A stretch of DNA of 64,000 bases from the human T2T-CHM13v2.0 reference genome, Homo sapiens: the NCBI RefSeq assembly GCF_009914755.1, contig NC_060937.1; one strand, written 5' to 3'. A model generated the notes under the pieces. It was not told where the DNA came from. It saw only the letters and a program-made list of their open reading frames with translations, and made no database searches. Position 1 is the stretch's first letter. Each line of letters starts with the position of its first letter. The translations under genes and the position numbers were made by a program. This document shows positions 13,649 through 27,364 of this stretch, in pieces.

Positions 13649-13735
13649 TTAACCCATTTGTGCCTGAGGTTGCAATTTTTTTTAATTTTTGCAATCAGAC
13701 CTTGGTGATGACCTTGAGCAGTAGGATATAAATAA
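13649..13735 (-). mobile_element. MER85 piggyBac (PGBD3-derived) MITE, one end missing
   Basis: TTAA-CCCATTTGTGCCTGAGGTTGCAATTTTT...GCAATCAGACCTTGGTGATGACCTTGAGCAGTAGGATATAAATAA matches MER85. The match stops before CTCCCACATGCTTAGCGTTCC. Strand given relative to PGBD3. Confidence 0.9.
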
Positions 13736-15229
13736 ATTTCAAATAGAAGCATCAGAACTGTAAGCTGGTCCCCTGTATTTATTTTTTTTTATCACTTGAA
13801 ATTATTTGGCATCTTGCTCAGATAATAGAATAGGGAGTGTTGTCTTTGATAACAATATAGCTTAGTTTGGACAACATTAGGAGCAATGCTAATAAACCAT
13901 AGGCCTTGATACATAACTATTACCTGAAAGAATGGATTAATATGATCTATTCCAGAGCTGTAATTTTTTTTGCCTATAGCTATATTTTTCCTCTCATAAC
14001 ACATGGTGGTTACTTAATCTTTACTTGACTGAACTGGCCTACTCTATAACCAGTGAAATAACTCAGTTGTAGTTTTAAACTTGGAGTATTTTCACTGACA
14101 AATTACAACAAAGTGTAATCATTCAGACTTAAAAAGAAAATGACTACATATTGCTTTTTTCACCTCCTTATGTAAGTTACCACTCTTCATAGTTAGTGAG
14201 TGACATTATTGCTGAGAATAGTCACCTTGTGTAAAAATATAAATCAATCATTGGAGTAATCATATCCTCATGGAATAATAGCACTACAGAGCTTGAAGGA
14301 TCTTAGCAATTATCTAATGTAATGGTTTTCCAACAGGATCTGTGACAATTAAATTTTCCCAGTGATGTCACAGGACTACTTTGGGAAAAGAGACCTGATT
14401 TCTGGATGTCATTTTCTCCTCGCAGCCAAAATACATAGATTTTTTTTCTCTCTTCAATAGAGTTTGGTAAAAACAGAGTTTGATTTACTAAAATAAAGTT
14501 CTAAGTTACAGATATAATTTGAAATACTTATTATGTATATGAGAAAATGTCACAGGTAGGTTCTTAAACATGCATAAAATTAAGTAGTGGAGGAGAAAAG
14601 GTTACAGTGATATAAACGTATGTTAGTTGTCTTTTATTTAAGTAATGTTTATATTTTCAAATACTTATCTCCATAAAATATTTCTGCATTTCTTATCTAT
14701 AATTAATGTCCCTTTTAAAACTCCTAGTATTACCTTTTTCCTTTTTTCTGTTAAAATACACACAACATACAATTTACTATTTTGAACAATTTTAAGTTTA
14801 CAGTTGATTGATATTGAGTACATTCATAATATGTTGTTATCACCATCATCCATCTCTATAACTCTTTTCATCTTGAAAAACTGATAATGTATGCTCATTA
14901 AACAACACTTCATTTTCCCCTTCCACACCCTCTGGTAACCACCATTCTGCTGTTTATCTCTACAATTTTGACCACTCTAAGTACCTCATTTATCTGGAAT
15001 CATACAATATTTGTCTTTTTGTGACTGGCTTATTTCACACAACATAGTGTTCATAAGGCTTATCTATGTTGTAGCATGTGTTGCAATTTCCTTCCTTTTT
15101 ACAATAGAGTAATATTTCATTGAAAGTATATATCAATTTTGCTCACCCATGCATCTGTCCACGGACACTTGGTTGCTTCCGAAATTTAAATACTGTGAAT
15201 AATGATGTTATGAGAAAAACCCAGATTTG

Positions 15230-15595
15230 TGTAGAAAAATATTTCCCCAAACTGGGAGGGAAGTGAGAGACCAAAGAATGACTGAGACAAGTCTGGCCCG
15301 GCGAGTAGATGAGTTTATCAGAACTTATATACAGGGTACTCTTGGATGGCAGCAGGACAGCTCTAGAGATCTGCACTGCATTCCATTTCTCAGCTGCTTC
15401 TAAGCTAATTTTCTGATTCTTTGCCTACTGTGTGAATGCAATGGGACTGTTTCCTTTGGCATCTTCCCAGATATGCTCCAGGATGTTTGGGTTCTTAAGG
15501 ATACCTGCTTCTTGGCTGAGTACTGACCAGCCTTCAGACTTCAAGCAGAGGACACAAACACTTAAGTAAACTAGTGAGAAACCTGTTACACTACA
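15230..15595 (-). mobile_element. ERV1-class solo LTR (MER66-like) nested in L1
   Basis: Non-L1 block with TG...CA ends. Minus strand begins TGTAGTGTAACAGG...TTACTTAAG and contains AGAACCCAAACATCC. Subfamily uncertain. Confidence 0.6.
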
Positions 15596-16125
15596 AGTGA
15601 TGCTAAGACCATGACTATAGGAACATTTTTTAAGATCATGTTATAAATTCTTTTGGGTATATACTCAGAAGTGAAATTACTAGATAATATAGTAATTATA
15701 TTTTTATTTTTTTAAAAAACTGCCATACTGTTTTCCAAAGTGGCTGTACTATTTTTACATTACCATAAACAGTGCACACAGGCTGCAGTTTTTCACACCT
15801 TTGCCAATGCCTGTTATTTTCTGTTTCTTTTTTTTTTCTGGATGTTTGTTTTTCCTAATCATAGCTATTCTAATGAGTATGAAGTTGTAGTATTTCATTG
15901 TAGTTTTGGTTTGAATGTTCTTAATAATTAGTGATATTGAATATCTTTTTATGTGCTTATTGGTCATTTGTGTATCTTCTTTGGAGAGATTTCAAGTCTA
16001 TTGTCCATTTTTAATTAGATTTTTTATTTTTGTTGTAAAAATTCTGGATATTAATCCTTTGTCAGATATATAACTTGCAAATACCATTCCGTGGGTTGAA
16101 TTTTATCTGTTGATATTTTCTTTCA

Positions 16126-16188
16126 CATATGTGTATATATATATATGTGTATATGTATATATGTATACATATACACACATATATATAC
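16126..16188. repeat. (TA/TG/CA)n mixed microsatellite
   Basis: Direct inspection: ATATGTGTATATATATATATGTGTATATGTATAT... Confidence 0.85.
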
Positions 16189-16549
16189 AAAATTTCTTAT
16201 GAATTTTAACTTGTCTATGTTTCTGTTGTTGCCTGTGCCTTTGATGTCATATCTAATAAATCATTGCCAAATTCAACGTTGTGAATCTTACGACTTATGT
16301 TTTCTTCTAAAAGTTTTATAGTTTTAAGACATATTTAGGTCTTTGATATATTTTGAGTTAATTTTTCTATATAGTATTGGGTAAGGCTTCAGCTTCATTA
16401 TTTCGCATGTAGACATCCTGTTGTCCCAGCACCATTTATTCAAAATATTGTCCTTTCCCCATTGAATTGTCTTGGAATCCTTGTCAGAATCATTTGACCA
16501 TATATGCAAGTGTTTATTTTTGAACTGTCTATTCTATTCAGTTCTTTGA

Positions 16550-16936
<387 letters not shown>

Positions 16937-17824
16937 TGAATCTTCAAAGTTTTCCCTTCTTCATAAGGTTGTGTTGGCTATTTGTGGTTCCTAAGAGTCC
17001 ACAAGGTGAATTTACAAGGTGAATTTTTATATTTCTACCAGAAAATGTCATTGGGATTTTTATAGTGATTTAATTTAATCTGTAGATTGCTTTGGATATT
17101 TGACAATATTAAGTCTTTTAATCCATGAACGTGGGATGCGTTTCCATTTATTTATGTCTTTTAAAAATTTTCCTTCAGCAATGTTTTATAGTTTTCATTA
17201 TACAATTCTTTTGTCTCCTTGGCTAATTTAATTTCTAAGTATTTTATTTTATTCTATTATAAATAATTTTTAAAAATTTTTCTTTTCACATTGTCCACTG
17301 TTAGTGTATAGAAATGCGACTGATTTTTGTTTGTTAATTTTTATCTTGCTACTTGGCTGAATATATGTATTAGTTCTTAAATGTTTGTGGAATCTTTAGG
17401 AGTATCTACATATAAGATCACATCATCACTGAACAGGAATAAGTGCATTTCTCCCTTTTTACTTGGGGTGCCTTTTATCTTCATAATTTTTTTAAAAACT
17501 GTCATACTGTTTTCTTTTTCTTGCTTAATTTCTCTGACTAGAACTTCTAGCACTATGCTAAATAGAAGTAGCGGAAGCAGGTATCCTTGCCTTGTTCCTA
17601 ATCTTAGAGAAAAAGCTTTCAGTCTTTATAGAGTATTATGCTTGCTGTGGATTTTTCATATATGGCTTTTATTATGTTGTGATAGTCTTTTATATTTCTA
17701 GTTTGTTGAGTATTTTTATCATGAAGTGTTGCTGAATGTCACTTTTTCTTCACCAATTGAAATGGTCATATTGATTATTTTTCTTCATTCTGTTAATGTG
17801 TTGTATTACATTAATCAATATTTG

Positions 17825-18280
17825 TATGCACAGGACAGTTCTCTGGGTGGCCTTAGATCAACTCAGTTTTCCCCTTTACTCAGTTACAGTTCTCAAGATT
17901 AATTGTTAAAACGTGCTTGGAATGTAATGTCCTGAGATAGGAAGAGACTGACAGGAACAGCTCAGGCTCTGTTCTAGTCCTCACCCCCACCATAGAAACA
18001 GGATGTACTTCAATTCTTCAGCCCAGTGAATCACATTTTACTCTAGGGTATAAGACCAAGAGCTTGCTGTTTTCCAGTCTTCTTCAGCTTTCCAGTTGAT
18101 GGTAAGACTCCATCTGCAACCAGGCAGCTTTCCTCAGCCTTGGGAAACTGCTCAGATTGAATCCTAAGATTTTACTGTTCCTTGCTGCCTGTCTGTAAGT
18201 CATAAACCCTCTTTATTTACCTTGCAAGCATGGGTGTTCTGTCTTATCAGATGCAAACAAGTTGGAAACCAGCACACTGT
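17825..18280 (+). mobile_element. LTR47A-like ERVL solo LTR nested in L1
   Basis: CAGGACAGTTCTCTGGGTGGCCTT...TCCTGAGATAGG...AGACTCCATC...GGCAGCTTTCCTCAGCCTTGGG...CAAGTTGGAAACCAG. L1 sequence resumes at TGTTGAAATATCCTTGCA. Confidence 0.8.
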
Positions 18281-21215
18281 CTGTTGAAATATCCTTGCAT
18301 TCTAGGAATAAATCCTCCTCAATCGTGTTATATAATCCTTTTGATTTGCTGTTGAAATTAGTTTGTTAGTATTTTATTGAGGATTTTTGCATTATCAATG
18401 TGTTATATGGGATATTGGTCTGTATTTTTCTGTACTGTCTCTGGCTGGCTGGTAGCAGGGTAACGCTGGCTTTACAGAATAAGTTAAAAAGTGGTCCTTC
18501 CTTTTCATTTTTTTGTGTGAAAAGCTTAATAAAGGTTGGTTTTAGTTTTCCTTTAAATATTTGTTAGAATTCATCAGTGAATCAATCACCTCTGGGACTT
18601 TTTGTCACTGTTGTTGAAAGATTTTTGATTACTAATTTAAGGTCTTTACAAGTTATAGGTCTATCCTGATTTTATATCTCTTTGTTACTTAGCCTTGGCA
18701 TGTTTTGTTTTTCTAGAAATGTATATATTTTATCTAGGTAATCCAGTTTGTTGGTGTACAATTGTTCGTCATACTACTTTATACTCCTTTTTTGATTTCT
18801 GTAGATTCAGTAGTAATACCTCACCTTCATTTTTGATTTTGGTAATTGGAGCCTTTTGTTTTTTTTCTCAGTCCATCTAGCTAAAGGATAACTAATTTTG
18901 TTGATCATTTTGAAGAATTAACTTTGGTTAAATTAATTTTCTCTATTGTTTTTCCTATTTTGTTAATCTATCCTCTAATACTTATTATGTTCTTTCTTCT
19001 TCTTTGGGTTTAGTTTGTTTTTTTCCCCCCTAGGTCCTCACGTCGTAAAATTAGATTATTTATTTCAGATTTTTCTTTTTTTTTTTTGTTTTATTTTTAA
19101 CAAATGAAAGCATTTATAGCTATAAACTTCCCTCAGCACTGAAGTCACTATATTTCATGCATTTTTGTATGTTTTGTTTTTATTTTCATTAATCTCCAAA
19201 TATTTTCTGATTTCCCTTGTGGTTTCTTCTTTGACCATTGGTTGTTTAACAATGTGTCAATAAATTTTGACATATTTGTGAATTTTCCAGTTTTACTTCT
19301 ATTATTGATTTCTAATTTCATTCTGGCATGGTCAGAAAACATACTTTGATATTTATCTTTTAAAATATATTGGGACTTAACTTGGGCTAACATATGGTCT
19401 ATAGGGGATCATGCTCCATGTGAACTTGAGAAGAAAAGGTATGCACATGTGTATGCTGGGTAGTGTCCTGTATATGTCTACAACATCTAGGTAATTTGTT
19501 ATGTTGTCTAATTCCTTTGTTTTTAAAATTTTTGCTTATCTTTCTATTTGTTCTACCAATTTTTGAGAGTTGGGTGTTGAAGTCTACAGCTATTATTGTA
19601 GAACTATGTATTTCTCCTCTCAATTCTGCCAGTTTTTGCTTTATATATGACCTCTTATTAAGTGTATAACGGTTTACAATGTTAATTTTCTTGTTGTATA
19701 AAAACTTTTATTAATACATAATGTCTGCCTTTGTCTCACGTAAATCTCTAATTTGTCTGATACTGGTATATAGAGTCAGTCCTGTCCTTTTTGGTTACTC
19801 TTCGCATGTAAATCTGTTTTGTCCTTTCACTTTCAAACCATTTATGTCTTTGGATCTAAAGCGAGCGTCTTGTAGACAGCGTATAGTTGAATTATATGTT
19901 GTTGTCCATTCTGCTAATCTCTGTCTTTTGGTTGCAGAGTTTAATCTATTTACATCATGATAATAAGGTAGGACTTACTGCTGCTATGTTGCTAAATGTT
20001 TTCTATGTCCCCTGTATCTGTTTTGGCCCTCATTTCCTGCATTTCTGACTTCTTTTCTATTTAGCTGATTTTTGTAGTAAAATGCCTAAATTCTCTTCTC
20101 ACTTCTTTTTTTGTATATTATATAGCTATTTTCTTTGTGGTTACCATGGGGATTACATTTAACATCTTAAACTTATAACAACCTATATTTATAACAGTTT
20201 AACTTCTATAACATAGAAAAGCTCTGCTCCTTTACAGCTCCAACTTCCCCCCTTTCAGTTGTTGATGTCAGCAAATTACATTCTTATGTATTATGTGCCT
20301 CAAAACAAACTAATCATTCTTTTAAATGCATTAATCTCTTAAATTGTGTAAAAAACAAGATGTAGAATTACAAATCAAATGAAGTAATACTAGTTTTTAG
20401 ACTAACTGTATTTTTTAAAAATGTGTTAGCTCTTAAATCATGAAGAAAATAACATTGAGTTAAAAATTGGTGTTACAATAATACTAGATTTTATAATGTT
20501 CATATATTTATCTACATTGAGTTTTTTTTTTCACACAGCTTCAACTTACTGTGTAGTGTTTCTTCATACATGCACAATTCCCTTGAACATTTCCTGTAGT
20601 GCAGGTCTAGTGTTAACACATTCTTTCAGGTTTTCTTTATCTGGGAATGTCTTAATTTCTCTCTCACTTTCAAAGGACAGTTTTGCCAGATACAGGATTC
20701 TTGGTTGACATTGTTGTTTTTCTTTTAGTGCTTCAAATATATTGGCCCACTACCTTCTGGTCTCCCAAGTTTCTGGTGAGAATCCTGCTATAAATTCCGT
20801 TGAGGATTCCATGTATGTGATGAGTCGCCGCCTTGTTGCTCCCTTCAATATGAACTGTTTGTCTTTGTCTTTCAAAGATTTGTTTAGTATAGGTTTCTTT
20901 TAGTTCATCTTACTCGAAGTTCACTGAGCTTTATAAATGTTAATGATCATTTTCTCATCAAATTTAGGTAGTTTTCTGCAATCATTCCTTAAAATATTTT
21001 ATTTGTTGTTTTTTCTCTCTATTCTCCCTCTGGAACTTTTGTAATTTGTTCCAGACAAATTGTAAATTGAACCACACAATGTTGTCCCACATGTCCTTTA
21101 GATTCTATTCACTTTTTTCAATTTATTTTCTATTTCTTAGATATGATAATTTCCATTGCCCTATCTTTAAGTTTGCTAATTCTTTATTATATCTATTCAA
21201 ATCTCCTTTGAATCC

Positions 21216-21337
21216 TATATTATGATTCTTCAGATAGGCAGATTCAATAGGATAAATAGACAGATGAAAGAAAGAAAGAGAGAGAGAGAAAGAGAGAGAG
21301 AGAAAGAGAGAGAAAGAAAGAGAAAGAAAGAAAGAGA

Positions 21338-21393
<56 letters not shown>

Positions 21394-21956
21394 GAAGAAA
21401 GGAAGAAAGAAAAGAAAGAAAGAGAAAGGAAGGAAGGAAAGAAGGAAGGAAGGAAAGAAAGATGACAGATGACTAAATAGGGGAATTGGCTCATATGATT
21501 ACAGAGGTTGAGAACTCTCACAATAGTCTGCAAACTGGAGAACCAGGAAAGCCAGTAGTGTGGCAACATTCAAATCCAAAAAGCCTCAGCACCAGTGAAG
21601 TTGACAATGAAACTCTCAATCTGAGGCCAAAGACTTGAGAACCTGAGGGGTTACTGGTGTGAATCCTAGAGTCCAAAAGCCAGAGAACTTGGAATTCGGA
21701 TATCAATGGGAAGAAGAAGGGCATCCTTTTTCCAGGAGATAGAGCAGTGCCCTTGCTTAGCGTTTTGTTTTTTCTTAGCCCTCAGCCTATTGAATAGTGC
21801 CTGCTGAAACTGAGGGGAGCTGTTAATTTAGTTTATCGAGTCAAATGCTAATATCCTCCAGAAATACCCTCACAGAAAAACCCAGAAATAATACTTTACC
21901 AACTATGTAAGTATCTCTTTGTCCAGTCAAGTTGACACCTAAAATTAATCATCACA
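21216..21956 (-). mobile_element. MLT2B-like ERVL solo LTR nested in L1
   Basis: GGAATTGGCTCATATGATTACAGAGG...CCAGTCAAGTTGACACCTAAAATTAATCATCACA. Perfect TSD AATCC at 21211-21215 and 21957-21961. Confidence 0.88.
21265..21461. repeat. Polypurine compound STR: (GA)n/(GAAA)n/(GGAA)n
   Basis: About 200 bp of pure A/G inside the MLT2B variable region. Confidence 0.95.
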
Positions 21957-23001
21957 AATCCCTCTAGTGAATTTTTCATTTCAGTATTGTACATTTTAAC
22001 TAAAAATTCTATGGTTCTTATATTTTTCTTTTTATTAATATTTCAATTTTGTTTATGTTTTATTTTCTTGACCTTCACCACATTTTCCTGTAGTTTTTTC
22101 AGCATTTTTAAAACAGTTGTTTTAAAATCTTTATCTTCAGGTCTGTATTAGAAACAGTTTCTGTTGATTTGTAAAATGCCATACTTTTCTGTTTCTTTAC
22201 ACTTTTTAGGATTTTTTTATTAAAACTGGATATTGGAAAGTAATAATGTGGTAACTCTGGAAATTAGATTTTCCTTCTTCCCTGGGATTTTCTGTTTTGT
22301 TGTGTTTTCATTGTTGTAAGCTGTCTCTGCACCAAGGATAAGCCAAATGTGTAACCATAAGGTCTATTTCAGTTCTTTTCTGAGCCTGTGCCATTCTATG
22401 GACAAACATGTTTAATTTTTAATTTTTCTTATAAATATATTTGTATTTTAATGACATCATCTTTAATACCTGGCTTCCATTAGGGGAAGACAGGAAAATG
22501 AAGGGAAGGAAACAAAAGCATTTCATTCCTTTAAACCCTCTGTAGGTCACATCAGCTGGAGAAGAAAGTGCTTATCACAATGGAAGGAGTAATGGTTGTC
22601 CACCTCTTTGTCTGCACCTGTGTCATCAGAAGCCACAATCAGTGATCAGAATACAAATTATTGGCATTTGAAGGACAGCGTACTTATTTCCTTATTTATT
22701 GCAGACAAGCTATGCACAATCTGCCGCAGGAACATGTATATGGCTGCCAGTCATAGGACTAGTGGTGGGAGATGGGTAGCTGCTACTGTAGAAAAGACCG
22801 AAATTGAGCAATATTTACTATGCTTTACCATACAAACCATTCCTTGGAAGTTGCAAGCTTTCAATAGACTCCAGAGTTCCAAAATAATTATTATATTAAA
22901 CAAATTCTCACAGTGTAATTATTGTTTAGGTGGAGAAACAGATGCTTTATGCTTCTCACTCTGCCATATTCCCAGAATTCTCTCTTAGTATTACCTTTTT
23001 C

Positions 23002-23640
23002 TAGACAATTGCAATAGTGTCCTACCTTGCTTTATTGCCTGTATTTTCTCTATCTAGTTCATAACCTTTATACTAGCTCCTCAGCTGAATTGTTTTCATT
23101 GGTTTCTACTACCTACAGGATAGATTTTAAACTCCGTAGCATAGCTGACCAATTATTTTGTGATCCAGAACCTGCCAATTTTTCAAATCTCAGCTTTAAC
23201 TATTTCATCTTATACATTCCATGCTATATTTTCACTTTTTCCTTTTCATACAATGTTTATCCATGTATTTAAGCTTATTATTTGCACATCTTGGAGTATC
23301 ACCTGGTGTCTTTGCCTGTTGAAAGAAGAAAAGCATCTTTCAAAATCTCAGCTCCTCTATGAGGTTCTCAATCTCAGACCCATATAGTTACAACTACTTC
23401 TGTACCCTCACATATGTTTTTCACATATCCATCATTATATGGATTATATTTCTTAACCAATACATACAGATCTTTATGTTTGTGAAGGACATACAAACCT
23501 ATATACACGAACAGGAACTCCTTTCGCTGATCATTTGCCAGCTCAACAGCACAGTTTCTATCTGACTATTTTTCTGAATACTACCTTTTGGCATTCTGCT
23601 TCATGCACAGTGAGGAATTTTTATTTTTTGGAAGACAAAT
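23002..23640 (+). mobile_element. L2 fragment (host of the L1MB insertion)
   Basis: TAGACAATTGCAATAGTGTCCTACC and downstream pyrimidine-rich L2-like sequence. Diverged. Confidence 0.5.
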
Positions 23641-26015
23641 GCAAACAGCCATAAACATGGTTTGAATAGGTACCCCATTTGTCTTGGCACTTTTATATGG
23701 TATCTGTAGACTAGGGAGGTGCTTCCTTAGGCTGACTTGACACTCACCTTTTCCTAAATTTCTCTTGCTATCTATAGTTGCAGAGCTATCTTTACCCCAT
23801 CCAAATTTTTACTCTCTCTTCTTATTTATAGTTTTATTTTTGAACATTGCATGATATAAAGCAACCATGTCAGATGCATATTTATAACTATACACTGTAC
23901 TGGTGTACACCAATGGCAAATTTCCTAACTTACAATCAAGCAAAGAGAGATACTGCTAGCAAGAATTGTGAGCTTTTTGATTTGAGTATAAAAAATAGGA
24001 TTTGGCAGCAAAAGAAAAAATGTGAACCAATCGTTCATGATTATCTGATTAACAAAAATCTTGATCAAGATTCAAGGATGCTTAGCTTATTGTGGACTTC
24101 CTCAGAGCTGGAAATCCATTTGAATAGAGAATGGCTAAAAGTAATTCATATGAGAAGAGTCCTAATCTAGAAGAATATCCAGCCTTAACCATCATCACAA
24201 ACTTGTATTAATATGATTTTGTAGTATATAACTTATATTGAATTTGATATAATTGTTTTTATTTAGAAAGTAACGCTGTAGTTGTTTTATTTCCAGAAAT
24301 TTCTAAGATACATTCACCCATGTTTCTAGTTAAAAAAAAAAAAAAAAAGATGCAAATTCTGGAGAATAGAGTTAGAATCCCGGCACTCTGAAAAAATTGA
24401 ACCAGACACAATAGAGCAATTATCTTTCTGAAATTTCATGTTATTACTTTCCTCATAAGCTAAGGATAAGAGTGAGAATTTAACTTCTCAGCTTTCACTA
24501 AAGGGTTGATTATTTTGTTCCCCTGACTCTCACACTTCGTGTATTTTCACTTACTATCTGATTATTATCAAACTAGGACTTACACTGTCTTTCTTTTACC
24601 TTTCTGGGTATATATAGAGTTAGTCATCTATATCTCAGGACCAGAGCACAAAAGAGACATATGATGCATAAGCTGGTCAGATTAGAGTCACTAGAGATTT
24701 GTGATACAATTGGGTGCATATTAGGTGCTTGGACTCCTAAGGCAATTGCTACCTAGCAAGCATGAGCAGATCACATACCAAGTATGCAAATATACTAACA
24801 TCTATATGTCATGTGGTACAAATTTATTTTTAAGGGTATGTGCCCTTAATGTACTGTAGTTCCTCAATGTCCTTATTCATCTTTTTATTTATGTGACTAC
24901 CACACATAGGTATTCTATCAAGGTTTGCTGAATAAAGGGAAAACTTTGACTATTCTTTCCTATAATTTCAGTATTATAGACACACTGACCTTCTAACAGT
25001 TTTTTTTTTAAATAAAGACTTCTGGGCTGTATATACGTAATTCAACTAAGATCTCTAATTCTCTTTTCCATTACCTATGTTGAGGCTACATATTTAGTGA
25101 ATACAATTTATTAGCATGGTATTCATCTGGTGGTGTTTTTGATGTTCATTTAGAAGTAGACATACAAAATTCATACAACTTTTTTTCACAGTATGAAATA
25201 TATTTCTATAGAATAACTTTAAAAATCTGACCAATAAACATTATTTCCAAGGAATATTTGTTAATTCACAAAATCTTGGGCAAAAGAAAAAAAATCATGG
25301 TTTAAAAAATTTAGTAGCTTATTTTATTACGGGATTCCTCAGACCTGGTTAATATGCTCATATGTACTATGAATTTCTAGGATTGAAATGCAGGATGTAG
25401 TCCTTTACATAATTGTTCACAACACCTAGTGTTTTCATTTCTTTTATTTTTCTTTTGTTTTTTCTATTTTTTTATGATTGAGGGTGTTCAATCAAATATA
25501 CATTGGGAAGCACCATCATAAAAAGCCCTAATTAGAAAATTACCTTCATCAATTTCCAGGTAGTCTAGAACTCCTCCTTATCCTACTTCACCTGATAGGC
25601 TCACTTATGACTAGGTTTTGTGTGTGTGTATATGTGAATTTCCTTTTAATATAGCCAATTCTGCTTTTCCTCCAATATTCTAGATGTTAGAGCTAATATG
25701 AAGGCTACAATTTTGTTCAACTACCCAAATCCTACATTGTTAGAAATAACTGTTGTCTACCATATATATTGCAAATTGTCTAATTTGTTGTATATTTTAG
25801 ATAGATTGGTTCATATGTAATTAAGAAATATTCTTTGATTTTAATTCAATAAAAGTAGTGTAAATTAATATATAATTATGAATAAAAGTCCTATATAAAG
25901 CTCTTGAGTAAATTCAAACGTAGTATAAGCAAAGTAAACTCCATAAAGTTATTTATCTCTTCAGAAACATGGCATTGATATTTTTGAAAATATTGGTCTG
26001 GGAATTTCTAGATCT

Positions 26016-27364
26016 TGATGGTGGTGGGAGGAAGATAGGTTCCTAGGTGGGAAGTGACAAGTCCCTGGTGAAATCCCACGTTCAAGCTGGGGATGACATG
26101 AAGCCTGGGGGTTTTGGGGTCAGTTCTGGTGAAGTCTTCAACCTGGAGTAAGAACTTCATTAATGCCTTTCAGCCAATCAAGTGGTGCTTTTTCCAGGCC
26201 CACTCATTAACCAATCAGTATGCACTTCCTCCTGCCTATGGACAAATCAGCACACACTTTTTCCATTCTGAGCCCATAAAAATCCCCCAGACTCAGCCAT
26301 ACTCAGACACTTATTGGGACTACCTACCTGTGGATGGGAGCTGCCCACTTCCGGTCTTCTCTCTGCTGAGGGCAGTTCAGTCACCTAATAAAGCTTTTCT
26401 CTCCCTGCTCACCCTCCAGTTGTCTTTGTAACCTCATTCTCCCTGGAAGAACTCAGGACCCTCCTAAGGGTAGGATGAAAAGAGCTATAACACTTTCCTG
26501 GCCAGCTGTCCAAGCTGTGGGTGAGAGCTAAAGGGGCTGTAACACATTCCTGTCCAGCTTATCCAGCTGCCCAGTGGTGACACAGTCTCACACTGTGGGA
26601 GTGAAGAGCGGTGATTCTTCTTGGGGCCCAGACCTTGTGATTCCCAGAGCCAGAGCTGTAACACTACAGCCCTCTCACCCTCTACTGGCACTGGGCAGCC
26701 ACCTCACACAATGGGAAGCACCATCCAGGCTGGGCCAGCCCAATAGCTGTGGGCCAGCGTGGAGCAGTGGGACTGAAGGAGCTGTAACACAAATGGGCTG
26801 AAACATGCTCCCTCCCCTCAAAACATGCCGCCCCTACTTGCCACACTATAGGCAACAAGAAGGAGAAAAGAGCTGCGGCCCTTCTGGGATCCCAGACCTT
26901 GGGGGTCCCTGAGTCAGGGTTGTGACAGGCTGTAACACCCTCTTTGGGGCTCACCAGTTCCTGGCATCTCTGAATTTTTTTGGTGCCACTGAGTTCCCCT
27001 AATCCAGACAGCAGTAGTCCTGCAGTAGAAGCTGCTTGTGGTATGTCTGGTGCAGACACAGCCTCACACGGAGTTGGCGCTTATGCTGGTGTCTGGAGCT
27101 GTCTGTCCTGCCACAGCAGCTGGTGTGCCTGGCTATGCACAGTGGCCAGACTCTGTGCTCACTTGCTCACGCACCCCTCGCTGCTCCATGCCTGGCTTGC
27201 CTTTGGCAGGCATGGGATCCAGGCCAGTAGTGTGGGCCGAGCACAGCCTGCCAGGCTGAGTGGGCGGAACAAGCCCAGTGGGTTAGGGGCAGAACTCAAG
27301 CAGAGGTGCCACCGGCTACAGAGGTTTCCAATTCGTGAAGTGACACCTGAAGAATCCTGCGAAA
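26016..27364 (+). mobile_element. Long ERV1 solo LTR of the LTR28/LTR1/MER52 group
   Basis: TGATGG...CCCTGGTGAAATCCCAC, CCAATCA boxes, GAGCCCATAAAAATCCC, AATAAAG, repeated GCTGTAACAC units and end AGAGGTTTCC...GAAGTGACAC...ATCCTG. Confidence 0.8.

Noticed and set aside
17001-17026. 13-bp tandem duplication ACAAGGTGAATTT x2
   Set aside because: Ordinary slippage duplication inside decayed L1.
21123-21569. Ser/Phe-rich and Lys/Glu/Arg-rich ORFs
   Set aside because: Translations of the polypurine STR.
24057-24072. 16-bp palindrome AATCTTGATCAAGATT
   Set aside because: 8-bp arms are expected by chance in 64 kb of AT-rich DNA.
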